Below are positions 8,127-16,801 of a stretch of 58,207 nucleotides of DNA, in pieces. Source of the stretch: a virus (taxonomy: Duplodnaviria > Caudoviricetes). The position numbers and the translations under genes are program-made. The stretch lies in the IMG/VR virus record IMGVR_UViG_3300029267_000807, positions 1 to 58,207 of that record; one strand, written 5' to 3'. A model generated the notes under the pieces. It was not told where the DNA came from. It saw only the letters and a program-made list of their open reading frames with translations, and did not search any database. Position 1 is the first letter of the stretch. Each line of letters starts with the position of its first letter.

Positions 8127-8587
8127 TCGGATTCTTCCCTTCGTTCGGAAAACGCGCGGCTGATCGCGGCTTTCTTCCGGCTGTCCGCGGGCTTGATCGT
8201 TCCGTCTTCCAGCAAAAAGAACTGTCTTCCGTACACTTCACCTTCAGTCCAGGCGTTGAATTCTTCGGCGATTCCGAACCGGGCGAAGGCTTCCAGGAAC
8301 CGGGCGCGGCGTCGTTCGGGTAAATGCCCAGTCGTCGTCTTCCCGGTCCGAAACAGCTTCCCGTCATGCATGAAGGTTTGCGGAATCGCGGCGGCATTCC
8401 CCAGCCGATCGATCCGGTTTTCCTGTTCCTGGACGATTTCGCGTCCCCTTTCGATCGCATCGTCCCAACCCGGGCGTCCTTCGGAAAATAGTTCCATGCC
8501 GCGAACTAGCGTTTCGATAAGGCGAACAGGAACCGAAACCTTGCGGGCTTCCCAGGCTTTCCATTGAAGATCGTTCCAGTCCTTCAC
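8123..8587 (-). CDS. Hypothetical protein
   Basis: 154 aa ORF with RBS. Confidence 0.7.
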   Translation of the reverse strand: MKDWNDLQWKAWEARKVSVPVRLIETLVRGMELFSEGRPGWDDAIERGREIVQEQENRIDRLGNAAAIPQTFMHDGKLFRTGKTTTGHLPERRRARFLEAFARFGIAEEFNAWTEGEVYGRQFFLLEDGTIKPADSRKKAAISRAFSERREESE

Positions 8588-8599
8588 GTTGTTCCCCTT

Positions 8600-8995
8600 T
8601 CAGTCTCTGATCGCATAGGCGATCCATTCCGGATCCGAATCCCAGCGCGCGGACAGGCGGCGGGCTTTGCGCGGGTCATGCCGGACCAACAGGACGCGAC
8701 CTAGGAACTTGACTTCCCCGATCCAGTCGCATCGTTCGCGGCGGACATTCCAGACGGTCCGGTTCAGCGTCCGCGACCCGTTCGATTCCCGGTTGAATTG
8801 CCAGAAAGCGACGTCCCCAGTAATCAGGACCCTTTGTTCCGACAGGCGGTCGACGTCTTCGACTTCCAGCCGGACCCATTCCCCGGCGTCTTCCCGGGTA
8901 AACTGTCGACAATGGCGAAGATGGTTTCGGGCGGAATCGCTGTTCAGGTATTCCCCGACGATTTCTTGATTCGTTCGAACCCGATACAACTTCAT
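8600..8995 (-). CDS. Hypothetical protein
   Basis: 131 aa ORF; hairpin+RBS upstream. Confidence 0.7.
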   Translation of the reverse strand: MKLYRVRTNQEIVGEYLNSDSARNHLRHCRQFTREDAGEWVRLEVEDVDRLSEQRVLITGDVAFWQFNRESNGSRTLNRTVWNVRRERCDWIGEVKFLGRVLLVRHDPRKARRLSARWDSDPEWIAYAIRD

Positions 8996-9041
8996 TTCTG
9001 GGTCCTTTCTGGGGGACCCTTGCGGGTCCCCCTTTGGGGTT

Positions 9042-9389
9042 CTAGTATCCCTGGGCTTTCCGGCGGGCGATTTCGGCTTCCGCGACCTTCGCGGCTTCCT
9101 GGGCGATTTCGCGAACCCGACAATGTTTGCACTTGCGGCAACGCTGAACCTTGCAAGGCAAGTGTTCGGCGGCGACGGCGCCTTCGATATATTCGCGCAT
9201 CTTCCAGACGACCATGTCCTGGACCCCGGCGGCTTTCGCGGCGACTTCTAGTCCCCACTCCATGCCCCGGTTGAAGTCCATTGTCGAACTGTGAACGGCG
9301 CGCGATTCCTTCGCCGTCAACCCGTAAATGGACATTTCCGCCAGCTTTGCTAGAACTTCCGCGCGTTCTTTCTTGTTCAGCATTTTCAT
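9042..9389 (-). CDS. Hypothetical early protein with Cys cluster
   Basis: CKVQRCRKCKHC; first gene after cassette D. Confidence 0.7.
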   Translation of the reverse strand: MKMLNKKERAEVLAKLAEMSIYGLTAKESRAVHSSTMDFNRGMEWGLEVAAKAAGVQDMVVWKMREYIEGAVAAEHLPCKVQRCRKCKHCRVREIAQEAAKVAEAEIARRKAQGY

Positions 9390-9433
9390 TCCCTTTCTTG
9401 TTTGTCCCCCCGAATCCGTCCGCGTACAGCTAT

Positions 9434-9487
9434 AGTATAGCATAGTTCTAGAATCTTGTCAAGGGGCATTCACGTCAATTTCACGGA
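9434..9487 (-). promoter_or_regulatory. Repeated promoter cassette D
   Basis: Near-identical to cassette C; TTGACA-N17-TATACT. Confidence 0.9.
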
Positions 9488-9514
9488 TCTTTTGAAATTG
9501 AACAATTCCCGGGA

Positions 9515-9547
9515 CAAGTACAATTTGAGGGTCCGGAATTGTACTTG
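9515..9547. promoter_or_regulatory. 11-bp inverted repeat between divergent promoters (operator or packaging site candidate)
   Basis: caagtacaatt-N11-aattgtacttg. Confidence 0.5.
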
Positions 9548-9557
9548 CTTTGAAAAC

Positions 9558-9586
9558 TTGACGACGGGTCCCGGGCATGATATACT
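9558..9586 (+). promoter_or_regulatory. Rightward promoter for the packaging/morphogenesis arm
   Basis: TTGACG-N17-TATACT with extended -10 TG. Confidence 0.8.
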
Positions 9587-9773
9587 GAAGTCGCATCGGG
9601 GATCTTTCGGGCGGATCCCTTGTGAACTCTCCTAAAGGGGACCCGGGTTCCGGTCCCGGGTCCCCCCACCAAAGAAAAGAAAGGGTCCCCCTGTCGGCGA
9701 AGGTATCGTCATGGTTTCCATGGCGGAAGTAAACCGACAAGCGGGGACCCTTCACTTATGAAAGGAACTGAAC

Positions 9774-10040
9774 ATGACAAAGCATGTTGAAAAACTCGGG
9801 ACAAGGCGAATTCAGCCCGAACCCCCCAACAGCCCAGCCAAAGGGGAACAGATCGAAATCAAGTCGTTTATGGCTGAAGGTCGATCCTGGGTTGGAATTC
9901 AGCTTGACAGCCCGACAAGCTTCATGATCTTTACCCCAGAACAGTCGCGGCGGATCGCGATCGCCCTTCGCAAGCATGCGGACCGGGCGGACAAGCTATT
10001 CCCCCAGGGGAAAAGAAAGCGGCGGAAGCGTCGACCGTGA
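9774..10040 (+). CDS. Hypothetical protein
   Basis: GAAAGGAACTGAAC RBS; basic C-terminus. Confidence 0.7.
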   Translation: MTKHVEKLGTRRIQPEPPNSPAKGEQIEIKSFMAEGRSWVGIQLDSPTSFMIFTPEQSRRIAIALRKHADRADKLFPQGKRKRRKRRP

Positions 10041-10080
10041 ACATTTACAATGCTGTTATGGACGCAAGGGAAGGGAACCC

Positions 10081-10272
10081 ATGCCCAGGCGAAACGGCAA
10101 GATCAGGGACTTTGAAAGGCGGCATACAAACAATGATGGGCGGCGACAGATTCGAAATGGGAAAACCGTGAAGGACTGTCGGCGTATCGCGCGAAGACTG
10201 AACGTTCCCTTTGTCGAAGGTTGCGGCTGGATTTCGACCGCGGGGAAGCGTTTCCGAAGAAAGGGAAGATAA
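10081..10272 (+). CDS. Small basic hypothetical protein
   Basis: MPRRNGK...; RBS; stop overlaps next start. Confidence 0.5.
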   Translation: MPRRNGKIRDFERRHTNNDGRRQIRNGKTVKDCRRIARRLNVPFVEGCGWISTAGKRFRRKGR

Positions 10273-10604
10273 TGTTTTACGAAGCGGACGTGCATGGGGA
10301 AGACGTTTGCGTCGTTTCCCCGGACGGCGAACGAATCGTCTTTCATGACGAATGGAAGCCGGACGCGATCGCGGTTTGTCGGATCCCGATCGACGTTTCC
10401 GGGCTGAAGATTCAGCTTCTGGATCTTGTCGAACATGCGGCGATCGTTGCCAGTCGGCTGTATGAAGACGGACCCGAACTTCGAACGGGTCCGGTCGCGC
10501 TGGGCGGGCTGACAAAGACAAAGGTCGCGAATGCCATGCTGGAAGCCGGGATCCCGGAAGGCGTCTGGAAGATCGCGACGTCGGAACCGGAAGGGGAATC
10601 ATGA
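10272..10604 (+). CDS. Hypothetical protein
   Basis: MFYEADVHG... Confidence 0.65.
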   Translation: MFYEADVHGEDVCVVSPDGERIVFHDEWKPDAIAVCRIPIDVSGLKIQLLDLVEHAAIVASRLYEDGPELRTGPVALGGLTKTKVANAMLEAGIPEGVWKIATSEPEGES

Positions 10605-11095
10605 AGACGTCCAGGCGGAACTTCCTGAAATCGGTTCTGGCGCTTGCGGTTACGGGGACGGTTCAGCCCAAGAAACTATGGACGGGCTGGGGACCCAGCC
10701 CCGTTTACGGCGCGATTCAGACGGCGCGAACGGAAGTAAAGATCGCGGACGAATGGATCGATATCGGCGGGCTGGGCGGCTTCGGGGACCCCTTCTGGAA
10801 TCTCGGGAAGGCGGCGCGCGACTTTGGGATCGAATGCCAAAAGCTTGTCGAAATCATTCATGCGACGAACGAAACGCTTCAGGATAATTTTCCCTATGTT
10901 CCGGAAGGCGTCGACATATCCCCCGGAAAGCGGGTTGTCGTTCCTGTCCTTCGATCGATTCAGGCGACGTCCCTGTCGGACTGGGAAAATATCGCGCTGA
11001 ACGAACCTGTCTTCGACTATATAACCCTGGAATTCCGGCGCATGGTTCCGGAAACAGGGGTTCCTTATCGGACCCATAGAAAGGATTCGGAATGA
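10601..11095 (+). CDS. Protein with twin-arginine (Tat) signal
   Basis: MKTSRRNFLKSVLALAVTG. Confidence 0.7.
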   Translation: MKTSRRNFLKSVLALAVTGTVQPKKLWTGWGPSPVYGAIQTARTEVKIADEWIDIGGLGGFGDPFWNLGKAARDFGIECQKLVEIIHATNETLQDNFPYVPEGVDISPGKRVVVPVLRSIQATSLSDWENIALNEPVFDYITLEFRRMVPETGVPYRTHRKDSE

Positions 11096-11583
11096 ACTTC
11101 GAACGGCTTGACGAAATCGCCGAACAGCTTGAAGAAATCGCGCGCGAAATCCGGCGCTTGAAACGGGAACGGGCGAACGAAGAAAGCAAAGACGTCCTAT
11201 TTCTGGCGGCGGCGATTCAGGGGGAAGGGGCTGGGCTATTCAGCGACCGGGTAAGGGTTGGGCGCTGGATCGCCCATACAGCGATCAACCTGTTCGAAGC
11301 CCCATGGCAAAACGGGCGCTGGGCTTCTGTCGCGGACGTCGTTCGGGATCGGTTCCATGGACATGCCGGGATCGGCGCACCTGATCCGTGGGCGATCGAT
11401 ATCGCGCGGTTGGCGCTGGGGGAACATGACATAACGGGCGGCGCGCTTGCCATGCTGTCCGGGAACGATCTTCGGAATCGCGGTTGGCCCCAGCGATACG
11501 ATATCATGCTGAGGGAATTTCACGGCCCCCAGGGACATTCGCTGTTCTTTTACGGAACCTGGGCGAAGGAATGGGACGCATGA
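11092..11583 (+). CDS. SleB/CwlJ-like (Hydrolase_2) cell wall hydrolase with N-terminal coiled coil
   Basis: LAAAIQGE (candidate catalytic Glu)...DITGGALAM...GHSLFFY. Confidence 0.65.
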   Translation: MNFERLDEIAEQLEEIAREIRRLKRERANEESKDVLFLAAAIQGEGAGLFSDRVRVGRWIAHTAINLFEAPWQNGRWASVADVVRDRFHGHAGIGAPDPWAIDIARLALGEHDITGGALAMLSGNDLRNRGWPQRYDIMLREFHGPQGHSLFFYGTWAKEWDA

Positions 11584-11822
11584 TCGAATACGGAATATCC
11601 CTTTTCGGCGCACAACATGCGACCCAGGACGAAAAGATCGATTACATGCTTTCCCGGGTCCTGTCCGGAAATTCGGCGATCGCGAACGACGGAACCATTC
11701 TGGCGCGGTTCAACAGTGAAGCGGGGAACATTCCCGAAGTGATTTCGATCGTTCAGGAAAAGTTCCCCATGGTCCGGGCGTATCGTTTGGATTCGGGCCG
11801 TTGGGTTCCATACAGCGGGTAG
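11580..11822 (+). CDS. Hypothetical protein
   Basis: ATGA-coupled ORF. Confidence 0.6.
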   Translation: MIEYGISLFGAQHATQDEKIDYMLSRVLSGNSAIANDGTILARFNSEAGNIPEVISIVQEKFPMVRAYRLDSGRWVPYSG

Positions 11823-11835
11823 AAAGGAACTGAAC

Positions 11836-12096
11836 ATGGACAACTATGCATTGAATGTCGCGGACATGTCGGGCGTCGTTCAAGGGCGCTTTGGCATGGC
11901 GTTCCAGATCCTGTTCGGCGGAAAGATATCGGATCGGACGGTCGAAGTCGAACCCGGGAAGGTCGACGGCATGGGCGTTCTGCTGAAGGTCCCGGACGAA
12001 CAGGCGGCGGCAACGATCGAAGTCATGCGGGCGCGGATTCCGCGGCATGTCCTTCGGGCATATCGGCGGACGGGGAACACCTGGACGCGGATCTAG
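11836..12096 (+). CDS. Hypothetical protein
   Basis: AGAAAGGAACTGAAC RBS. Confidence 0.7.
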   Translation: MDNYALNVADMSGVVQGRFGMAFQILFGGKISDRTVEVEPGKVDGMGVLLKVPDEQAAATIEVMRARIPRHVLRAYRRTGNTWTRI

Positions 12097-12104
12097 GGGG
12101 AACT

Positions 12105-12584
12105 ATGGCGGACAGCTTGACAAAGGCGGAACGGGAACGGCTTGAAGCCGAATACGCTGTCGATCCAGACGATCGGCGGTTCTGGGGGGGAAACAAGGGG
12201 AACCGGGCGACCGCGGACGAAATCGATCGGCGGGTCATGATCGCCTATAAGATGATCCTGGACGGGCATGCGAAGCCGGACGTTGTAAACTTTCTTGCGG
12301 AACACCTTCCCGTAAACCGTCGTCAGTGTTATAACTACTATGCCAAAGCTGAAGAAGAAATCAAGAAACAGTCGAATGCTAGAAAGGCGGACGCATTATC
12401 AGAAGCGTTATTGTCAAGGCGAATCCTTCGCGCGCAAGCGGGCGACATTGAAACAAAGCTGGCGATTCTGAAGGACGAAGCCCGACTTCTGGGGCTGTAC
12501 GATCAGCCCGAAGGCGGCGACGGGTCCGGCGGCGGGCTTGCGGCGCTTCTGGATTCCGACGAACTGATCATCATAAAACACTGA
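12105..12584 (+). CDS. terS: Probable terminase small subunit (HTH)
   Basis: Helical HTH-like protein ending EARLLGL, upstream of TerL. Confidence 0.6.
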   Translation: MADSLTKAERERLEAEYAVDPDDRRFWGGNKGNRATADEIDRRVMIAYKMILDGHAKPDVVNFLAEHLPVNRRQCYNYYAKAEEEIKKQSNARKADALSEALLSRRILRAQAGDIETKLAILKDEARLLGLYDQPEGGDGSGGGLAALLDSDELIIIKH

Positions 12585-12595
12585 AAGGGCGCGGA

Positions 12596-13219
12596 ATGAA
12601 GCCGGAATTTTCAGCCCCGGGCGTTCGACTGTATAAAGGGAACTGTCTGGACGTCCTTCGCGGGTTCAGCGAACGGATCGACATTACGGTCGCGGATCCC
12701 CCTTACGGTTGCGGAAAGGCGGACTGGGATTATACGTTTCCGACGGCATGGTATTCGTTGGTCCGGGCGTTGTCCCGAACGGTTGTTGTCATAACGGGAT
12801 CGTCGGGACTTTATGACAGCGTCCCCCTGGTTGGCGACAACTTTGTCGACGTGATCGCGGCATGGAACAAAAACGGCATGACGCGCGGTCCCCTGGGATA
12901 TGGGAACTGGCTTGCGGCGGTTATTACGGGCGAAAAGCCGCGAATGGGACAGAATTTCTTTTCCTTCGCTGTTTCAGGCGATAAGCCCGATCATCCTACG
13001 CCAAAGCCCCTGGAATATATGATCAAGCTGATCAAACGGGTATCGAACGAAGGCGACGTTATCCTGGATCCGTTCATGGGTTCGGGGACTTGCGGCGTTG
13101 CTTGCGTAAAGACCGGACGGGACTTTGTCGGGATCGAACTGAAGCCCGAATACTTTGACATGTCATGCGGTCGAATTGCGGACGCGATTCGGACCGGGCG
13201 TCAACTAGCGTTTGTATAA
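12596..13219 (+). CDS. N4-cytosine/N6-adenine DNA methyltransferase (beta class)
   Basis: DPPY...HPTPKP...DPFMGSGT...GIE. Confidence 0.9.
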   Translation: MKPEFSAPGVRLYKGNCLDVLRGFSERIDITVADPPYGCGKADWDYTFPTAWYSLVRALSRTVVVITGSSGLYDSVPLVGDNFVDVIAAWNKNGMTRGPLGYGNWLAAVITGEKPRMGQNFFSFAVSGDKPDHPTPKPLEYMIKLIKRVSNEGDVILDPFMGSGTCGVACVKTGRDFVGIELKPEYFDMSCGRIADAIRTGRQLAFV

Positions 13220-14622
13220 TGCCAGAAGTCCATGTGTTTGGGAAGATCGAAACCGAAGAACAGCTTCGGGACTTTGTGTTCCAGGCGTTCGGCGTCCGGG
13301 TTCCGGACGTCCGGGTTTGCGAAGACCATACAACCCCATGGCGCGCGTTCGCGGACGCGTATTTCGCAAGGTCCCCGAACGCTGTCTGGAAGGCTTCGCG
13401 CGGTTTCGGCGGAAAGTCTTTCCTTCTGGCGCTGTTGGCGCTGACCGAAGCCCTAACACTGAAATGTAATGTAAACGTCTTGGGCGGGTCCGGCGAACAG
13501 TCCGATCGGGTCCTGGAATATACGTCCGATTTCTGGCATGCCGGGACCGTATCCCATTACCTTGTCGGCGAAGTCAAGCATGAAACCCGGCTGATCTTTG
13601 GGAATCACATTCGATCGCTTATGGCGTCTTCCCGATCGGTTCGCGGTCCGCATCCCCAGCGGCTTCGGCTTGACGAATGCGACGAAATGGACGAATCGAT
13701 CCTGAACGCGGCGCTGGGGCAAACCATGCGAAAGCCCGGGCTGGACGTCCGTCCTCAGAACGTCATGTCTTCGACGCATCATTACGCGGACGAAACGTTC
13801 ACAAAGATTCTCCATAGGGCGAATCAGGAAGGTTGGCCCATATACGAATGGTGCTATCGGGAAAATCTTCAGCCCCATGGATGGCTGGACCCCCTGGACG
13901 TCGAAGAAAAGAAGGCGACTGTCACGTCCGCCATGTGGCTTGCGGAATATGAACTTCAGGACCCGGCCCCCGGGTCCCGGGCGATCAACGTCGACATGGT
14001 CGCGAAAATGTTCGATCGGTCCCTGGGCGAATATCGCGGGTCCCCGGGCGAATATATCGAAATCGAACCCCCCTGGATCACATGCCGGGAATGCGGCTGG
14101 GTTGGGTTCCAGAACGGCGATCGCTGTTCGAAATGCGGGTCGACAAAGATCCGGGTTTCCGGGCGATACGGAACGGGCGCGGACTGGGCGCGAAAACAGG
14201 ACTGGACGGTCATCATTACATGGCGCTGGGACGTGAAACCCTTCCGGCTTGTCGCATTCGAACGGATCGGGCGGTTGCCATGGCCCAAGATGATCGAACG
14301 GCTGAACGTTCGGCATAAGCGTTACCCAGGCGGCGCGGCGCATGACGCGACAGGCGTCGGGGACGTCGTTCGCGATTACCTGTCGACGTCTGTAAAGGAC
14401 GTGATCATGGTTGGCGCGCGGCGTTCGGACATGCTGACCGAATATATCGCGGCGATCGAGCGCGGGGACTTTGTCTGTCCCCATATCGACTTCATGGAAG
14501 CCGAACATAGACTGGCTTCGGTTGACGACGTCTTTCGATCGGGGACGTCGTTTCACCTTCCGGACAGCATATCAGCGGGCGCGCTGGGGCTGTACGGGAA
14601 GACGGGAATCCTGATCGGATAG
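13219..14622 (+). CDS. terL: Terminase large subunit
   Basis: Walker A ASRGFGGKS, Walker B LRLDECDE, nuclease GADWA...D...HDATGVG...D; CxxC...CxxC insertion. Confidence 0.9.
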   Translation: MPEVHVFGKIETEEQLRDFVFQAFGVRVPDVRVCEDHTTPWRAFADAYFARSPNAVWKASRGFGGKSFLLALLALTEALTLKCNVNVLGGSGEQSDRVLEYTSDFWHAGTVSHYLVGEVKHETRLIFGNHIRSLMASSRSVRGPHPQRLRLDECDEMDESILNAALGQTMRKPGLDVRPQNVMSSTHHYADETFTKILHRANQEGWPIYEWCYRENLQPHGWLDPLDVEEKKATVTSAMWLAEYELQDPAPGSRAINVDMVAKMFDRSLGEYRGSPGEYIEIEPPWITCRECGWVGFQNGDRCSKCGSTKIRVSGRYGTGADWARKQDWTVIITWRWDVKPFRLVAFERIGRLPWPKMIERLNVRHKRYPGGAAHDATGVGDVVRDYLSTSVKDVIMVGARRSDMLTEYIAAIERGDFVCPHIDFMEAEHRLASVDDVFRSGTSFHLPDSISAGALGLYGKTGILIG

Positions 14623-14635
14623 AAAGGAACAGATC

Positions 14636-14875
14636 ATGGGAAAGGCAAAGATGCGCGTATCGCTTGCGTTTGTTCGGTCCATGCTACACATGCCGGAAGA
14701 CGCGAAGATCGTCGGCGTATTCATGGACTTGACGGATCATGCGAACGGGCGCATGACCATGTTGGTCGAAAGCCCGGAACTTCCGGAACACCTTCCCGGG
14801 AATGAACCTGTCTGGGTCGATCCGTCAATTACGTCACATGGGAACGGGGAATTTGACTGGGACTGGAACCTATAG
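14636..14875 (+). CDS. Hypothetical protein
   Basis: AGAAAGG RBS. Confidence 0.7.
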   Translation: MGKAKMRVSLAFVRSMLHMPEDAKIVGVFMDLTDHANGRMTMLVESPELPEHLPGNEPVWVDPSITSHGNGEFDWDWNL

Positions 14876-14888
14876 AAAGGAAGGGACC

Positions 14889-15341
14889 ATGTTCGGAACA
14901 AGGGACGTTTACTGGGCATGCCGGGACAGCATTCGGGACGCGTTCGTCCTATGGTTAGAAGCTGAACGGGACCCGGCGAATGACGGCGTTTTCTACACCC
15001 GGGAAGAAGTCGATCAGGTCCCGGCTGAAGTGATCGCGGAAGGTTGCGCGAACTTTTTCGGGTCCCTTCTGGAAGAGGTCCCCGGAATCATCGTTCGCGA
15101 CCTTCCCCCGGAAGAAATAACCTATTCGTTCGAACTTCGGGACTTGAAGGAAATCTTCTGGAACTGGGAATGTCGGCGTCGACAGGACCCGGATCGGTTC
15201 TGGGACAACAGCGAAATGGCGAAGGCGGACCCGGACGAATATGCGGAACTGGCGACCGCGGCATTCTTCAGAACTTGGGAAAGGTTGCGCGGTCCGGGAC
15301 GCTTTCCCGGTCTTCCCCCCGGGGAAATCTTGACGGGTTGA
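14889..15341 (+). CDS. Hypothetical protein with two-fold internal repeat
   Basis: MFGTRDVYW...; halves resemble each other. Confidence 0.65.
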   Translation: MFGTRDVYWACRDSIRDAFVLWLEAERDPANDGVFYTREEVDQVPAEVIAEGCANFFGSLLEEVPGIIVRDLPPEEITYSFELRDLKEIFWNWECRRRQDPDRFWDNSEMAKADPDEYAELATAAFFRTWERLRGPGRFPGLPPGEILTG

Positions 15342-15358
15342 CAGAACCATGGTAAAAT
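15330..15358 (+). promoter_or_regulatory. Promoter upstream of portal
   Basis: TTGACG-N17-TAAAAT. Confidence 0.6.
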
Positions 15359-15448
15359 GAAAGCTGACCGGGCCGAATCGCGCGAAGCGGACAGATATCA
15401 CCCGGATCGCGAATATGCGATCCGGGCGTTTGTGTTATAGGGGACTTC

Positions 15449-16801
15449 ATGACCTTCGCGGAACGAATCAAAGCGGCATGGCGGGCATTGACGTTCGATT
15501 CCCCCGTCAAGTCGACAGCCCCATTGTTCTTTCCTTCGTATCGAACCGGGCGTCCTTTGTGGACGCTTTATGATTATGCGTCATTTGTGAACGAAGGGTT
15601 CAGTCTAAACGCGTTGATCTATGGCGCGATCATGTACAAAGCGCGGGCGCTTACTTCGGCCCCCTTGAAGGCGTACACTGGGGACATGGACGCGCGCGAA
15701 GAGGTCGACCCTAACGATCCTTTGGCCTTGTTGGTCAGTCGACCGAACGAACACCAAAGCATGATCGAATTCCAACAGCAAGCAACCGTTTACCTGAACA
15801 TAAGCGGAAACAACTACACTTACTTGAAGCGGGTCGCGGGCGACGAAATCGAAGCCATGTATAACCTTCGACCGGACCGGATCAAGATCGTTCCGGGCGA
15901 ACGGGACATAAAGGGATATCGCTACATTCCGGAAGGCGCGACATGGGAAGAGGGCATGCCGATCCTTCCCAAAGACATGATCCATGTCAAGTTCACGAAC
16001 CCCCTGGACCCCTTGGAAGGCATGGGACCCGGGCTGTCCCCCATTTCAGCCCTTGCGCGGAATGGCGACGTCGACAATGCCGTTTCATATTTCCTGAAGA
16101 ACCTGTTCGACCGCGGTCTTATGCAAAACGTATTTATAAAGTATTCGGTCCCCTTGACGGACGAACTGATATCGTCGGCAAAGGAACGTTGGCGCGAAGC
16201 TTACGGTGGATCCCAGGAAGGTTGGCTTGATCCGGTTGTCCTGGGCGAAGAAGGGGAAGTGAAGGCACTGGGATATCAGTTCGATCAACTTGGCTTCGAC
16301 GGGATCGACAGTCGGAATGAAACGCGGATCCTGGGTCCCTTCGGCGTCCCCCCGATCTTGATCGGGTCCCGGGTTGGGCTGGACCGGGCGACATACAGCA
16401 ATTATCAGGAAGCCCGTCAAGCGTTCTGGGAAGACACATTCGTCCCGGAACTTCGGCTTTTTGAAGTTGATTACGCGTATCACCTGAACAGTCCGGATCG
16501 GGACGTCTGGGTCGCGTTCGATATGACGGAAGTCCCGGCGCTAAAGTCGGACGTCGTTCCTTTAGTGAACGCGGCGCACCAACTATGGACCATGGGCGTT
16601 CCGGCGCTGTCGGCGCTGGGCGCGGTTGGGCTGAACGTTGGGGACATTCCGGGCGGCGACGTTTCCTATTTGCCCCTGGGACTTGTCCCGTCCGGGCGAC
16701 TGGGAAGCGAACAGGCGGATCAAAGTTCTTCGGCGGCAACGGCTGAAGAAGAAGATCGGGACAAAGGCACCTTACCAACAGGTAAAAAAAAAGACGTCTG
16801 A
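15449..16801 (+). CDS. Portal protein (HK97 family)
   Basis: LLVSRPN, GNNY, LRPDR, GLSPI, FGVPPILIG, ATYSNY motifs. Confidence 0.92.
   Translation: MTFAERIKAAWRALTFDSPVKSTAPLFFPSYRTGRPLWTLYDYASFVNEGFSLNALIYGAIMYKARALTSAPLKAYTGDMDAREEVDPNDPLALLVSRPNEHQSMIEFQQQATVYLNISGNNYTYLKRVAGDEIEAMYNLRPDRIKIVPGERDIKGYRYIPEGATWEEGMPILPKDMIHVKFTNPLDPLEGMGPGLSPISALARNGDVDNAVSYFLKNLFDRGLMQNVFIKYSVPLTDELISSAKERWREAYGGSQEGWLDPVVLGEEGEVKALGYQFDQLGFDGIDSRNETRILGPFGVPPILIGSRVGLDRATYSNYQEARQAFWEDTFVPELRLFEVDYAYHLNSPDRDVWVAFDMTEVPALKSDVVPLVNAAHQLWTMGVPALSALGAVGLNVGDIPGGDVSYLPLGLVPSGRLGSEQADQSSSAATAEEEDRDKGTLPTGKKKDV

Noticed and set aside
1826-9487. Repeats as a CRISPR array or integron attC sites
   Set aside because: Copies are separated by whole genes at irregular spacing, with no cas or integron integrase and no attC core motifs
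14085-14150. Intein or intron in TerL
   Set aside because: The insertion is a short CxxC-CxxC ribbon with no splicing motifs
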